DNA from: Dendronephthya gigantea
Taxonomy: Eukaryota
Assembly: GCF_004324835.1 (NCBI RefSeq)
Contig: NW_021163015.1
Location: 2,952,323-3,016,322 of the forward strand
Length of the DNA stretch: 64,000 bases
Direction of reading: 5' to 3'
Positions 13,690-25,089 of the stretch are shown here, one piece after another; the first letter of the stretch is position 1; each line of letters starts with the position of its first letter. Below the pieces are notes generated by a model. The model saw only the letters and a program-made list of their open reading frames with translations, was not told the origin of the DNA and searched no databases. The translations under genes and the position numbers were made by a program.

Positions 13690-14660
13690 AGGCATTTAGT
13701 TCTATATAAGATGTTCATGACCTAATAAGCAAGACTCCGGGTAAAATATGCAAAAATGCCCCCCATATTATAGGGCCATATATGTTCTTCAGTGTTCCTA
13801 GTTGTACTCAAGTATTGCCTTGATATCATTGGTCATCTTGGTTATATTATTGTTTTACAGACAAAAGTTTATGCATGTTAGGGAGGGATGATAGGGTTAG
13901 GGAACAACAATATTACCCTGACCATCGAAACTACACACACAAATCCCCCATCCCCTAGGGAAAGTTTGGTAAGTGAATCACCTATTATGCCCCACATTTC
14001 CCCAGGGTAGGGTTCCCTTTCACATTAGTGCATTAAGATATTCTTTATATGATACAGGTACAGCAGCATGATAACTGCAGTTAGTTCCATAAAATGTTCA
14101 TGACCCATTTGTCTTGAAAAAAGGGACGTAGAAGAAGACTGTTTAAATTATAATTACAGTATCTGTTTACGTTAAGATATTCTTGACATGATAGCAGCAG
14201 CATGATTACAGCATTGTGTTTCATAAAATGTTCATGACTCAATTGTCTTGAAAAAATGGAAGAACAAGAAAAGGAGACTGTTAAATATTTGTTTATGTTG
14301 CTGTGTGGTGGATCAGTGATTGATCCAGCCCTGAATTTTAGGGGAATGCACCAGGTTGATTTGAGTATGCATACCTGGGTCTTGGTGAAATGCTTTTATC
14401 AGCATTCTGATGGCTATCTGAAGACAAAATTGACCTCAGAAAAGTACTGCAATTGCTCATATCAATTTTCAATCCCACAAATGCCTACACTCTCCACGAA
14501 ATACCATATAATGCAACAGTTTAGCTGTATTTTAGCTACTAAAATCCAACACTTAACCAAAGTTTGTACCTCCTCTGCAGAGGATCCACCACTATGTTGA
14601 AACATTCTTTATATGATGCAGGAACTACAGCAACAGATGGAAGTTGTTTCTCCAATGACA
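13690..14660. repeat. Subterminal internal repeat array inside the element (3' non-coding region of the transposase gene)
   Basis: A unit of about 130 bp recurs at ~14035-14150 and ~14165-14290: '…aagatattcttt/gacatgata.cag.agcatgat.ac.gca.t…cataaaatgttcatgac.caattgtcttgaaaaaa.gga…'. Partial copies occur at ~13690 and ~14595. Confidence 0.6.
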
Positions 14661-14709
14661 TCCTATTTTGACAAGTCTATTCTTTGAACATTAAATGTTA
14701 CTCTTCACT

Positions 14710-17700
14710 TTAACGTGTATGTCCAGCGTTTGGCCTATTTAAATTAATATTCAGTGAAAGGTTTCTTTTTCTGTTTGGCTCTATTTTTCTTTTCCTAGCA
14801 GGCATTGTGCATTTATCACTTTTCCTAAAAGTCGCCTTGCGACCTGAAGGCTGTGCGAGTGAAGACTTTATACCTGACCGACGGCGCGATATTGCAGTTG
14901 GCTGTACTCTAATTCTCTTGTTTGCACGATGAAGTATTGGTAACATTTTGCAATTTGTGTTTCTGCCAAATGAGACATATGCGGTTGAGAGACTGTTGAT
15001 TGGGGCTTGTCCTCTTGCTTTATTAACGATTTTCTTATAGGTTTCAAGGTACTTGCCGTAGCATTTCACAAAATTTGGATTTCCACTGCGTAACCAAAAT
15101 TCGATGTCACTGGATACTTCTTTGTGGAGTTTGATAACGTCCTCTAGGCTTGTCTCTTGCTCTTCGTGTGTCATATTTGAACATTCAGTTTCTGTGCTAT
15201 TGGGCTCTTCATTTAATGGCACATGTATATCTCTTGCTTTCTCATCAAGAGCCTCCGGATGTGGAATCACCGGTTTTGTCGAATCGAACTTCTTTTGGTG
15301 AACATCTGCGAATTTTTCTGCGCACAAGTCCGGATGGTCTCCTATTGCCAATACCGCTAGCTTGTACTTGTCCATGTGATTTGTTGGAATAAAGTTGCTG
15401 TTGGAGACGCCGTATTTTAGTGCAACTGCAGCTTGATGGGGACAACTGTTTCCATTTTCACCTGCTGGGCAAGAACAGATTCCGATTGACGAGTTCACCT
15501 CGTAAATCTTTCCCTTCTCCTTTCTACTTGGCACATAAAACTTAAAGGGTTCAGTGCTGTCTTGCGTGATTGTGGCGAAATCAACTGTGCTAGCATTTCT
15601 ACCAAAACATCTGGATGCAATGTGCAAATTTTGAGGTTTTCCAAAAGCAAGCGATAGTAACTTACGTTGAAAATACTTGTCTAAGTCCTCAACGATAAAT
15701 CGAAATAGTTCCACCAAGTTGTATGCCCTAATTCGTCGTAATATTATGCACTTGAAGATGAAAATCATAGATTCCGTATAATTATCCGTGTTGTTACCTC
15801 TAGTGATTAGTTGTTTGCGAAGACATAAGGCCCATTCCGACTTTCTTGCCATCGCATTCTTGATGTACTTAAGAAAAATTGCATATTTCTTTGCTGTCTT
15901 GTCTTCTTTTAGTTCTGCGAATAGTTTGTTCAATATGTTTTCGCTTTCAGAAAAGACCAAATTCTGAATCAATTTCATGAGCGGTTTTCGGTCACATAAT
16001 TCTATTTTATGTTTTGACTGCCATAACCATCTCCACGCTGCTTGTAGGAAATGAAATATACAGAGAAGTAATTTTGTTGAACCCCAGGTAGTATTTAAAG
16101 CGCCCCTCTGGGCCGCGTCATCATCCGTTAAGCAAATCCTTGGCCCCTCTTGCGTACCTCGACCACCAAATGCACCCTCTGGAAATAAACTTTTTGCTTT
16201 CCCCAAACAGCTCTCGACTGTTTGCTGGGAGTTATCAGATGTGACCCAGACACATAGTGGAAGTGCTCCTGAAGGGTGGTGCGTACAAAGAAAGTATACA
16301 GGATTGTTGTGTCGGTCAATACTGGCTGATGCATCCAAGAACACCATCTCCCCAGCTTGAGGTAAAGAATGTACCCTAGCCATCAGTGGGGTAACAACAG
16401 CAAGGATTAATGGTTTTTCGGTGCACTTTGTCTTCTCATAACGTTGAACAAAGCATTTACCACCGTCCATAGAATGTCGTTTGTTATAATCTTTCACAAC
16501 ATCTTCCAACTCCAGGAACATATCCACCCCATCGGACGCTCCCTTTGTTTGCTTTCTCCATTTCTCAAACATCCTTCTTGCGTCAGTTGCAGATGGGCAA
16601 TATCGCCGGTCGGCGAGAAGCGTCATTGTCGATGGATCATTCATAAGTAACGACTCGTGATGGTGAAAAGCTTCTGCTGCAGACATGCCGCTCGCGAAGT
16701 AATCGTTAAATGTCTCCACCGTCGCTGGGAGGATTTTAGCAAAGCTCTGGAGATGAAAACAGTCGATACTATGATTGTGAGTCCACCACAACTGAACATG
16801 ACATACGTTACCAACAGAATTTGCTGGTAATAATTTAACAGACATCTTGCTTGGGCAATCTGTCTTCTTATCACGTGCTGTTGATAGCAAGTGCAGTTCC
16901 GTATCATCTGTAAAGGTATTTTTGAGGTTTGTGCCCAACCTCTTTTGACGTTTTTTTGAGCGTGTTTTTTTGGCGTCTTGTTGTTTTTTCGTCAATTTCT
17001 TCCTTTTACATTGGCAAATGTACCACTTTGTCATTAAGACTTTCACGCCTTTCCGTTGGTATCCTCCTTGCGTGTTATATTTTATATTGGTTGTTGAAGT
17101 CAGTTCCGAGACCCATGTTTTTACTTCTTCTATTGAAGTTATATTAGCAATGGTGAAGCATACTTTAAAAGCTTCTTTCGGTGCCCCTGTAAAACACTCT
17201 TTCTCCAGTTCTTCATATTCGTCAAGCTTGTACTTATAGTTTGATGGTAAAATGTTTTGTACATGCGTTGGTAAATCCGAGCTTTCGTTGCTTATTTTCT
17301 CGGTACACTCATTCACATCTGCATAGCAATGATCGTGGATGATGGAATCATGATTTGAAAAAGATAATCCTGCTGTATTTTTTGCTCTTTCGCTGTTACA
17401 AACGCCAGCTGGATCTTGAACACCAGACAACTTTACTTTTTTCGTCGGTTGAAAATCGTCGTCCGAGTCTCCGCAATGTTTCGGCGAGTTCGGACTTGAC
17501 TGCTCCAATCTCGAGGGCGTGTCTCTTCGTTTTACCCCTTTTCTACAACCCGCAGGCAAATCAGGAATCTCGTATACATTGTCATGTTCATGAGATGGAA
17601 GTTTAATTTCTAAATGAGGATCCCCAGCACTGATTTCCAAAATCAGCGAATACCTAAACGATTCAATATCTCCTTGAGTGAAATCCAGCGGAAGACCTAA

Positions 17701-19677
17701 GGAGATATGTTGAGCCCACTTCGCAACAAATACACCACAGTCATCACCATTTGTCTGCTGACTTAGATGCCGACTTGGTAAGATATAGAAAAGCCATTCT
17801 TTCCAGTCAAGAGAGAAATCTTGTGTTTTCGATATGCGTTGGGAACATTCCAAGAAATGTTGCATTCTCTGAAAACCCTGTCTTGCAGAAGCTCCTTCAT
17901 ACAAGGAGTCGAGGTACATCATAGCTCTTAACTGAGGGAATGTGGCCAATAAGCACCAGTGATTACCAAAATTTACCGCACCTAAAATTACATCACTTGA
18001 AAGAATACCATCATACATACTGTGGTACTGATTGTTTTTGAATGTCTCCATCGAAGGAGTTGTCATTTTATGAAATACGTCACTGTTTATTGTCCGCACG
18101 ATGTTACCAAAAGCTTTGCATTTCGTTTCTAGAATCCACATATAATGATTAAGTACGAAGTTATTTAACCATGATCCTGGAAGAAGACTTAAAAGATCAC
18201 TTGAAGTATATCCTTTCAATCTTACATGAGTAGGGGGAGCTTGATCTTCATGCGCTTTAAGTTTGGCATTCTTTACCTGTTGCTCTGACAGTGGCGTATA
18301 TACCAATCCCTTCTTGCTTCTTTCAGTGCGACAAACTCTTGGTAAAGAAAAGGAAGTAGACGGATGATCAACGTAATAATTTGGCGGGATCGAGTCTATT
18401 TCAAAGGATACCTGGTCTGGGGGAGCATTAGAAGTCGTGGCTGATTTATTTATCTTTCTGCTACTGTTTTTCTCGTACACCAAAATATACGCTTCTTGAT
18501 TCAGTGCCGTGAATTCCGATATCTTCAAAACTTGCGAATCGTTTAAGGAATACCATTGGCCATTGCGAAGAACACATGCTGTATAGTGACCAGACTTTGT
18601 TGTACTGCCGTGATGGGAAATAACAGCCACAAGATTGTATTGTTCCTCCAAGTTAACTTCCACATCTTCCATTTCAGATTGCATCTCTTTCATTTTCAGT
18701 ACCCCTGGATATTCGACAAACGTTTTAATTTTCCGTCCCTCCTTTGAGAACCGCAACAACTGAACACAGAAGGCATCCGGAAGTTTTTCGAACACAGTGC
18801 GTTTATACGCCTCCGTTTTCTTTTTACACCTATTTACAAAAAATGATATGACTTTTGCACCCCAAATATTGTTAGCCTCTTTTCTAATTTTAGTATCAGT
18901 GATGAGATCTAAGTTACTATATTGAACAAAGAAAAACTGTGTACTAACAGGGTTTAGTATACAGTACCTATCGCATTCATATTCATCATCCAAATGTTCA
19001 GGCTTATTCAACATCTTAATTGCAGTCTCCAAATTTGTTCCCTGCGAAGGTGTAGTTAATGTAAATTGAAAATCATGGACCAAGCATATGAACTTATTGC
19101 ACACATGCATGTGCATATGTATGTAACCAACTATTAGAAAACACACTATTTCATTGTAGTGAGTATGCAGGATTACATAATGCCTTGGTATTTTTGCTAA
19201 ATTTTTTAAATGTTTCAATTTCATCTGTCCTAGTATAGAAAGAACTAGCAAGTAAAACTGGATCACATTTATAGACTGTAAAGATCTGACCAAAATAGAG
19301 ATAAGTGGGTAGTATTGTTCTTTAGGACACCAATGTAATACCTTTTTTACAGGCAGAGGGAGCAAACTCTCAATGCTAGTGCACTTTGAGATATGACCAC
19401 AGAGAAGACACGTAACCTCACTCCTCAGGCTAAATTGGAAGGATTTTAAAAAAGAAGTATCGCAGTGCGGTGGAACAATTCCATTCTCATAATACTCCTG
19501 AGCAATTAGATTCAGTGCTTGCGTGTAATCCTGGAAAAACTCTGCGGCACATTGCTGCATTCCAGGTTGAAAGCTTTCATTAATGTTTGGCAACTGTGAT
19601 ATCAGTGAAGCTGGCCTTAAAATTCCATGACAGTTTTGTGCCTTATAACCATCAATAAACAGTTTTGTGCTGCACAA
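14710..19677 (-). CDS. Element-encoded giant protein (main exon, 1655 codons): USP deubiquitinase core + Ulp1/SENP protease + putative WRKY/GCM-like zinc finger + MULE DDE transposase + SWIM zinc finger
   Basis: - USP (C19): QQD box (MQQCAAEFFQDY), C-x-x-C (VTCLLCGHISKCTSIESLLPLPV), LRFSKEGRKIKTFVEYP, His box (YNLVAVISHHGSTTKSGHYTACVLRNGQWYSLNDSQV…AYILVYEK).
- Ulp1 (C48): LPGSWLNNFVLNHYMWIL…GNHWCLLATFPQLRAMMYLDSL…QQTNGDDCGVFVAKWA.
- Putative zinc finger: WYICQCK…CHVQLWWTHNHS.
- MULE transposase: MVFLDASASIDRHNNPVYFLCTHHPSGALPLCVWVTSDNSQQTVESCL…ICLTDDDAAQRGAL.
- SWIM: CSCPAGENGNSCPHQ. Confidence 0.85.
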   Translation of the reverse strand: MCSTKLFIDGYKAQNCHGILRPASLISQLPNINESFQPGMQQCAAEFFQDYTQALNLIAQEYYENGIVPPHCDTSFLKSFQFSLRSEVTCLLCGHISKCTSIESLLPLPVKKVLHWCPKEQYYPLISILVRSLQSINVIQFYLLVLSILGQMKLKHLKNLAKIPRHYVILHTHYNEIVCFLIVGYIHMHMHVCNKFICLVHDFQFTLTTPSQGTNLETAIKMLNKPEHLDDEYECDRYCILNPVSTQFFFVQYSNLDLITDTKIRKEANNIWGAKVISFFVNRCKKKTEAYKRTVFEKLPDAFCVQLLRFSKEGRKIKTFVEYPGVLKMKEMQSEMEDVEVNLEEQYNLVAVISHHGSTTKSGHYTACVLRNGQWYSLNDSQVLKISEFTALNQEAYILVYEKNSSRKINKSATTSNAPPDQVSFEIDSIPPNYYVDHPSTSFSLPRVCRTERSKKGLVYTPLSEQQVKNAKLKAHEDQAPPTHVRLKGYTSSDLLSLLPGSWLNNFVLNHYMWILETKCKAFGNIVRTINSDVFHKMTTPSMETFKNNQYHSMYDGILSSDVILGAVNFGNHWCLLATFPQLRAMMYLDSLYEGASARQGFQRMQHFLECSQRISKTQDFSLDWKEWLFYILPSRHLSQQTNGDDCGVFVAKWAQHISLGLPLDFTQGDIESFRYSLILEISAGDPHLEIKLPSHEHDNVYEIPDLPAGCRKGVKRRDTPSRLEQSSPNSPKHCGDSDDDFQPTKKVKLSGVQDPAGVCNSERAKNTAGLSFSNHDSIIHDHCYADVNECTEKISNESSDLPTHVQNILPSNYKYKLDEYEELEKECFTGAPKEAFKVCFTIANITSIEEVKTWVSELTSTTNIKYNTQGGYQRKGVKVLMTKWYICQCKRKKLTKKQQDAKKTRSKKRQKRLGTNLKNTFTDDTELHLLSTARDKKTDCPSKMSVKLLPANSVGNVCHVQLWWTHNHSIDCFHLQSFAKILPATVETFNDYFASGMSAAEAFHHHESLLMNDPSTMTLLADRRYCPSATDARRMFEKWRKQTKGASDGVDMFLELEDVVKDYNKRHSMDGGKCFVQRYEKTKCTEKPLILAVVTPLMARVHSLPQAGEMVFLDASASIDRHNNPVYFLCTHHPSGALPLCVWVTSDNSQQTVESCLGKAKSLFPEGAFGGRGTQEGPRICLTDDDAAQRGALNTTWGSTKLLLCIFHFLQAAWRWLWQSKHKIELCDRKPLMKLIQNLVFSESENILNKLFAELKEDKTAKKYAIFLKYIKNAMARKSEWALCLRKQLITRGNNTDNYTESMIFIFKCIILRRIRAYNLVELFRFIVEDLDKYFQRKLLSLAFGKPQNLHIASRCFGRNASTVDFATITQDSTEPFKFYVPSRKEKGKIYEVNSSIGICSCPAGENGNSCPHQAAVALKYGVSNSNFIPTNHMDKYKLAVLAIGDHPDLCAEKFADVHQKKFDSTKPVIPHPEALDEKARDIHVPLNEEPNSTETECSNMTHEEQETSLEDVIKLHKEVSSDIEFWLRSGNPNFVKCYGKYLETYKKIVNKARGQAPINSLSTAYVSFGRNTNCKMLPILHRANKRIRVQPTAISRRRSGIKSSLAQPSGRKATFRKSDKCTMPARKRKIEPNRKRNLSLNINLNRPNAGHTR

Positions 19678-20491
19678 TATACAGGGTTGACCTGTCCATA
19701 AATTAAAAATAAAGTCAATTAGACTTAGATCAGCTGTGTAAATGAGAAATATATTAACTTGTTAAATAATTTATTTATGGGCAAATAAAGCATTATTCTT
19801 TTGGTTAAATGAATGTATTTAGGTAAATAATTTTCATTATTTTCCCTCTACTATGATAAAGTGGAGTTTGTGTTTAGTACCCATTAATATCTGATCACTC
19901 ACACCCTCTGACTAACACCTATTACTGACTGCATTGGGCACATTTATTAAATATATACAAGCAATGTTCATTGTTACAGAACACTTGAACAACATTCTTG
20001 GCCAACATTTGACAAAAACCACAAAATTTTTTATAGCAAACAGCATGTATGGGAGCTTGAATTTTGATAAAGAATGAACGTTGGGTTGTTGACTAGGCAA
20101 ATTGATGTTGAGAGTGTTTGTTGTTTGTGCGTTTTAAAGAACTAATGATGCGTTCAACCAGATGTTGCGTGAACGAGTTGCGTTGAAGTGTGTCAGTAAG
20201 TTCTTTCAGATCGTTGCTGAGGCCATCTTCGGTACTGTCGTGCGTTTCCTGTTATGTTGTCAATCATGTTTGTAAATATTAATCTATTCCTTGAGTATCA
20301 CCTAACCTGTATCATATTTTACCTTATATATTTTACGATGTAAATAACAAATTCATTCGCACAGAATATGACTGTTTGCTATAAAATTTTTATTATTCAA
20401 CGTTTATTAAAAATGCTTACATATAGTTCTTATGACAACCCAGAATTACGAAAAATATAGACGAAAAGAACGGACAATAAAATATGTAAAT

Positions 20492-20645
20492 TACCGGATC
20501 TTTCCTGCAGACAACGAGTCCGGTTGTGTTCCATTTGCAAGAGTCCATTTCCGTATCGTTTAACAGATACTAATGCTTGAAGAGTACTATTAGCAAAGCA
20601 AGTGTTACCCAAGTTTTGTATTCCTTTTGGAAGTAAAGTAATCAT
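20492..20645 (-). CDS. First coding exon of the element gene: USP catalytic Cys box
   Basis: MITLLPKGIQNLGNTCFANSTLQALVSVKRYGNGLLQMEHNRTRCLQERSG. GIQNLGNTCFANSTLQAL is the canonical USP Cys box. The exon ends at a GTAATT donor. The likely acceptor 'ttatggacag|GTCAACCC' sits just upstream of the main ORF at ~19687, and joining there restores a continuous USP domain (Cys box then QQD box). Confidence 0.7.
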
Positions 20646-20759
20646 TTTTATTAATATTGAGAAAAAGCGAACGTTTACAAGAGAATCTCGAACAGCCGAA
20701 GTGAAATTTAAATATTTCGCGGGAAATGTAAATTTGGCGCGTTTTAATTTTGGTTTAAA

Positions 20760-20927
20760 AACAGGAAATCCAGATACACCGGAAGTGATACTGTATTCTA
20801 ATGTTAGTCCAGTGAAAATATAGCTCAGTGTCCGGAGGTCAAAGGTTGTTATTAATATCCGTCCAGTGGAAACTGTAGATCAGTGCTTAGTAACCAAGTC
20901 TTCAAGTGATCCCAAAAAATTTTTCTG
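20760..20927. repeat. Right terminal inverted repeat of the MULE-like element
   Basis: The reverse complement matches 13271-13440 ('cagaaaaattttttgggatcacttgaag[g/a]cttggttac[c/t]aagcactgatcta…'). Confidence 0.8.
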
Positions 20928-21235
20928 CACGCGGCGAGCCCATCCCCTTGAACTATATGAAAAACTGGATGACTTTTCTTGTAAAGTCTGAACCGGCTCA
21001 TTCGTTGCACTGGTTGCACTAAAAAAGTAGACTGTGCTGTGATAAAATGAGAAATTTACAGTGATAAATGGTATTTTCTCAACAGACCTCACTCTGCCAA
21101 GATGGTTCGTTCACCAAAATGCTGGAAATCAAGTCATAGGGACTCAAAAATACAGAATTTTTTTTGCAATAGGTTTTACAGACTCCCTACAATTACCCCA
21201 TCTTTAAATTACCAATTTCCACTTTGGATCATTTT

Positions 21236-21312
21236 TATCAAAACGGTTTATTCGACCATGGTGGACTGTGGAGTATATCAGAAAACGGTATATTCGACCA
21301 TGGTCGAGAGGA
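21236..21312. repeat. Imperfect tandem repeat (~27 bp x2: aaaacggt[t/a]tattcgaccatggt[gg/cg]a[c/g])
   Basis: Seen directly in the sequence. It gives rise to the repeated 'KTVYSTMV' in the ORF at 21102-21332. Confidence 0.6.
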
Positions 21313-24300
21313 AGAGTAAAAGCTGCCCCTAAACCATATATACCAAGACCTTTTCGCAAGTCACCACAATATACTATATTCTTTACTCTTATTTATCAAC
21401 CTAACTTTCTTCTTTCTGTCTATTGATAGCCTAAATGCCAGGGAACTTGGATGCACCCCTAATGCAAGGGGTAAAACTTTGTGGTATTGGACTTTGGAAA
21501 CATACGAGTTTAATAAAGTAAATAAATTAAGGCAAAGTAAAGTTTAATACTAAAGTTCATCATTACTCGATATTTGACATGACAGAAATAAATAATTCGG
21601 TTTAAGTTTTTTAATCATAATATTTTTCGCGTGATCGCCAACGCATAGTAGTGCGGCATACGTGTGAACAGTTGGGTGCAAGCCATGTGACAAAAATAAA
21701 ACAATAATTATATTGGCTCATTTATCCCATAAAATTATTCCTGTTCGCTTTTCTTGTGAGAAAAGGTTTAAAATAAAAAACTCCAACTAAAGCCAATACA
21801 GCGCTGGTTTATCAATAACATACTACATTCCATATGTCCTCAGAATTGAATTGGACCCCCAAAATTGAATGATGTGAAATGTGAATAATAATATGCTCGG
21901 AGATGTTCCAATATAACCCGGGAGCAGCGTGGCAGCGTCTTCAAACAACTTAGCATCAAATGTGGTATAACACCTGCTAAAGTAGACAAAATCACTTCTC
22001 GACGTTTCGACCTGACGGCCTTCGTCACGAGGGTTGCTCGGAGATGATTGCATATTTTTCTTAACTCTATATTCTGTAATTCACATTTCACGTTTGCAAT
22101 TCGTTCGTTACTTCTTCGTGACGTGTTTACGCAGTTTTGAGCGGCGCAAAAATTATTGGAATAGTTTACATTCTAATAAAGAATCTGTGCCGACAAAGCA
22201 TCCGGAATCTCACAGCGGACAGACGCTTGAAGCTGTGATACGACATCCTGGATCAAGGCAGACGGACCCGTATTTGTCCTTTTGCCGATTTTTCAGCACT
22301 TCTCAGTTCGCCCTGCGTCAAGATTTTCCCAGGCGGTAAAAATAGAGCAGAACAATACTCTGCTATATAGAATATTAATACACTTCCACCAAATGTTAAC
22401 TCCCCCCCTCACGAAGACGCTCTAAGTAAGGAAAGACGCTCATGAACTATCGATAGTTTACAATCATCATAAGAAATATAAGCAAAAAAATTCGATGATT
22501 GTTTTAAAAAAATTTTAGAAAGTAATCCCATCCACTTCTAGTAACTTCTCGTGGTTCTCAAAATCTTCGCTTCCAGAAATTGTGAACTTTAGAATTTCGA
22601 TCAAATAAAAAAAAGAAAAACCGTCGAAGATCCCTAACTTTTAGAAATTGCTTTATCTGTGGTGCTAACACAGTCAGTAGGGGGTTAATCTACAAACTGG
22701 ATGCTGCATTTACCTCCATAGTATTCCTATTCCATAGTATCCCTAAGCAATTCCTGGGAGTACCTTTTACTGAGTTGGGTTGAGTGTAATTTGTCGAATT
22801 ACCAAGAAAATAGCTTTCAGAGACGGTCAGAAAATCGAGAAATTGATTGATAATTTATTAAACGGCTCTAATGGCCCACGCGTGAGCATTGTCGTTAACC
22901 GTTGTCCTCAGTTGAGTGGGCTGGGCTCATGCTGGATCGATATTGTGATTTGCATGAATGTATAGTATTGATGCTCTAAGCATAATTTCTTGTCACCTTA
23001 CCGACACGTTTTGAAACTTCGTTGGACTGCACTGGACGATGATGTGGCAAAACATAAACTAATTCATGTTGTTCTATATCATGATAGCGTATTGCATGCG
23101 AATTAATGAACAGACATTCCGACATGAGTCGATCATAGTACAATACGCCATTTTAACTTGCATATAAGGGCATGTTAGTTTAGTAAAGTGTGTGGATTGC
23201 TTCCTGTGAAATTAAAGGTCAGGGTTGTCAAACAAGCCTAGACATGATCGGCGCTTAATAATTATCAGTAACGATGATCTTCAGCTCTAGAAACGTGTCT
23301 TTTGTGTGAATTTCTTCGTATTTCGAGGCACTGGGGTATCAATGAATGACTTTGACATTTGTTTGAAAACATCGAAATATGAAACATTCCAAATCTGAGT
23401 AAACGAAAGCGAGTCTCGGTAAACAGAAATTAAGCGTGTAAATATAATAAGCCACTGAGTGCGCAGACAACATGCAAATATAGCTATCATTTATGACGTA
23501 GTTAATTAATCGTGGTTCATTAACAGGATCCGGTCCGTTTGTATGGAATGACAGGAGGCCTATCGAAGCTCATGTCGATTACAATCTGGCTGTTTGAGAG
23601 AAAAAACGTGCTTGTATTTTAGTTTTGCACTTTTGATGACGCGTTATCTTGAAATCAAGATATTCTAAATGAGAATCTTGAATTTGAGACCAATTTTTGG
23701 ACAATTTTTTATCCACAGCAAGACACCTTCGGCTGGAAGAGTTGTTTGTTAAATTGATAATTTGTTTAGACTTGTCTTATTTTAATAGAACCTCGCCCAT
23801 CCGTTTTTACACTGAATTCTAAATTAAGCGAATAAATTTTGTGTGGGTGTAGAAGCGAACAGTGAGCTGCGTTTTGCTGTTCTTTGCCACGCTTTTGTTA
23901 CTTGTTATTGTCGCAGTTTTGTTCTTTTTCCCACGAAATTAGAACTATGTCGGTTACAATTCCATTCGAAAAGAAAATTAGAACAATTTTATTACAATAA
24001 TTGACCGCGTGTTTATAGTAAAGAAAACAGAAAATGATCCGACTTTAATTATTAATATCGACTTAAGCATGGTAGCACTGTTTTAGCATATATGACTGCC
24101 AAATATATGCCGGTCAATATCGAAGATAAAATCAGCATTATCGTTTGTACACGTAATTTCAAGGGTAGAACGTTGGGGCATACCTACCGGTGATTAGGGG
24201 GAAATCGATTTATCGCGTGAGTCTTTGCAATAATTTACGCAAAAGCGGGGATAAACCATGCGACTGCTGAAGCTTCTCTGACTGTCTCTCTGACTGATAT

Positions 24301-25089
24301 TTATTATCAATTTGCCAGACAATATTTGTGACAATACTATCGTATGCTCCGCCTTTTGAAACTGGGCGTTGATTGGATAAAGAGGCGCGTAATATTACTT
24401 GGAATTCCACGCGCGGCACGAAGTCAAACCACAGTAAAATTTATTCGAAAAACAGGAAGATTAATTTGGCAGGAAGTCAATATCGTCATATCTTCAAATA
24501 GGCTCTTCGCAGAAGTTATAAAGCCATTCGTCGAAGCAATGTGGTAAGTCTTATTTCACAACACATCGAAGCGAACGTAACTAATAGAAGAACGTTGTTA
24601 GCGGCAGAAAACCTTTGACAATAAATATTCAAGAATAAGTGAGTAGATTAAAATGCCTTAAGTGGACATGTGATGTCGCTTTAAGAAAATATGGACGTGC
24701 GCCTTCTAACAAGTCTTGTAATCTTATTTGACATTTTATATCTGTAGTCTGTAAAAGAAGCTAATATTATGATTTAGGTTTCATAAGAGATCTAGGTCTA
24801 GGAATTTTGCTTTTCTCAATATTTCTGATGCGAAGAAAGCAATAAATATATATTAATTTCAAAGCGGGTAGATGTTAGCTAGATTAGGGACAGTTTAATA
24901 CCATGTCGAGTTTCGATAAGTATGAATCTAATTTGTTGCTCGTTCATTCCAAAACAAGGTGAATGAGTTTGTATGTAGATTCACTGCGATTATCATCGGG
25001 TAATATTCCTGCTATTAAAGATTAATAATGTTGCTTGTTGTGTTCAAACAGGTTGTGTTATCTTAACACCGATGAATTAATTCGTCGCA

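Larger units (their letters stand above)
13271..20927 (-). mobile_element. Intact-looking Mutator-like (MULE) DNA transposon, 7657 bp, TIR/TSD-delimited, encoding a USP-Ulp1-MULE transposase-SWIM fusion protein
   Basis: 13271-13290 'cagaaaaattttttgggatc' is the exact reverse complement of 20908-20927. The inverted similarity continues for ~160 bp at ~85% identity. The flanks carry a direct repeat: CACGCGGCGAG at 13260-13270 and again at 20928-20938. The giant transposase ORF lies between. Confidence 0.85.

Noticed and set aside
14256-14600. 114-aa plus-strand ORF inside the transposon's non-coding arm
   Set aside because: It overlaps the internal repeat array, has no recognisable domain, and lies antisense to the element's gene. 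Most likely a chance ORF in repetitive sequence.
15104-17606. Numerous 60-90 aa ORFs on the + strand overlapping the transposase ORF
   Set aside because: They are antisense shadow ORFs of the 1655-codon minus-strand gene. They have no independent support.
21823-22339. Cluster of overlapping ORFs (76-101 aa) on both strands
   Set aside because: No splice-consistent structure or recognisable motifs. The composition is typical of intergenic sequence.
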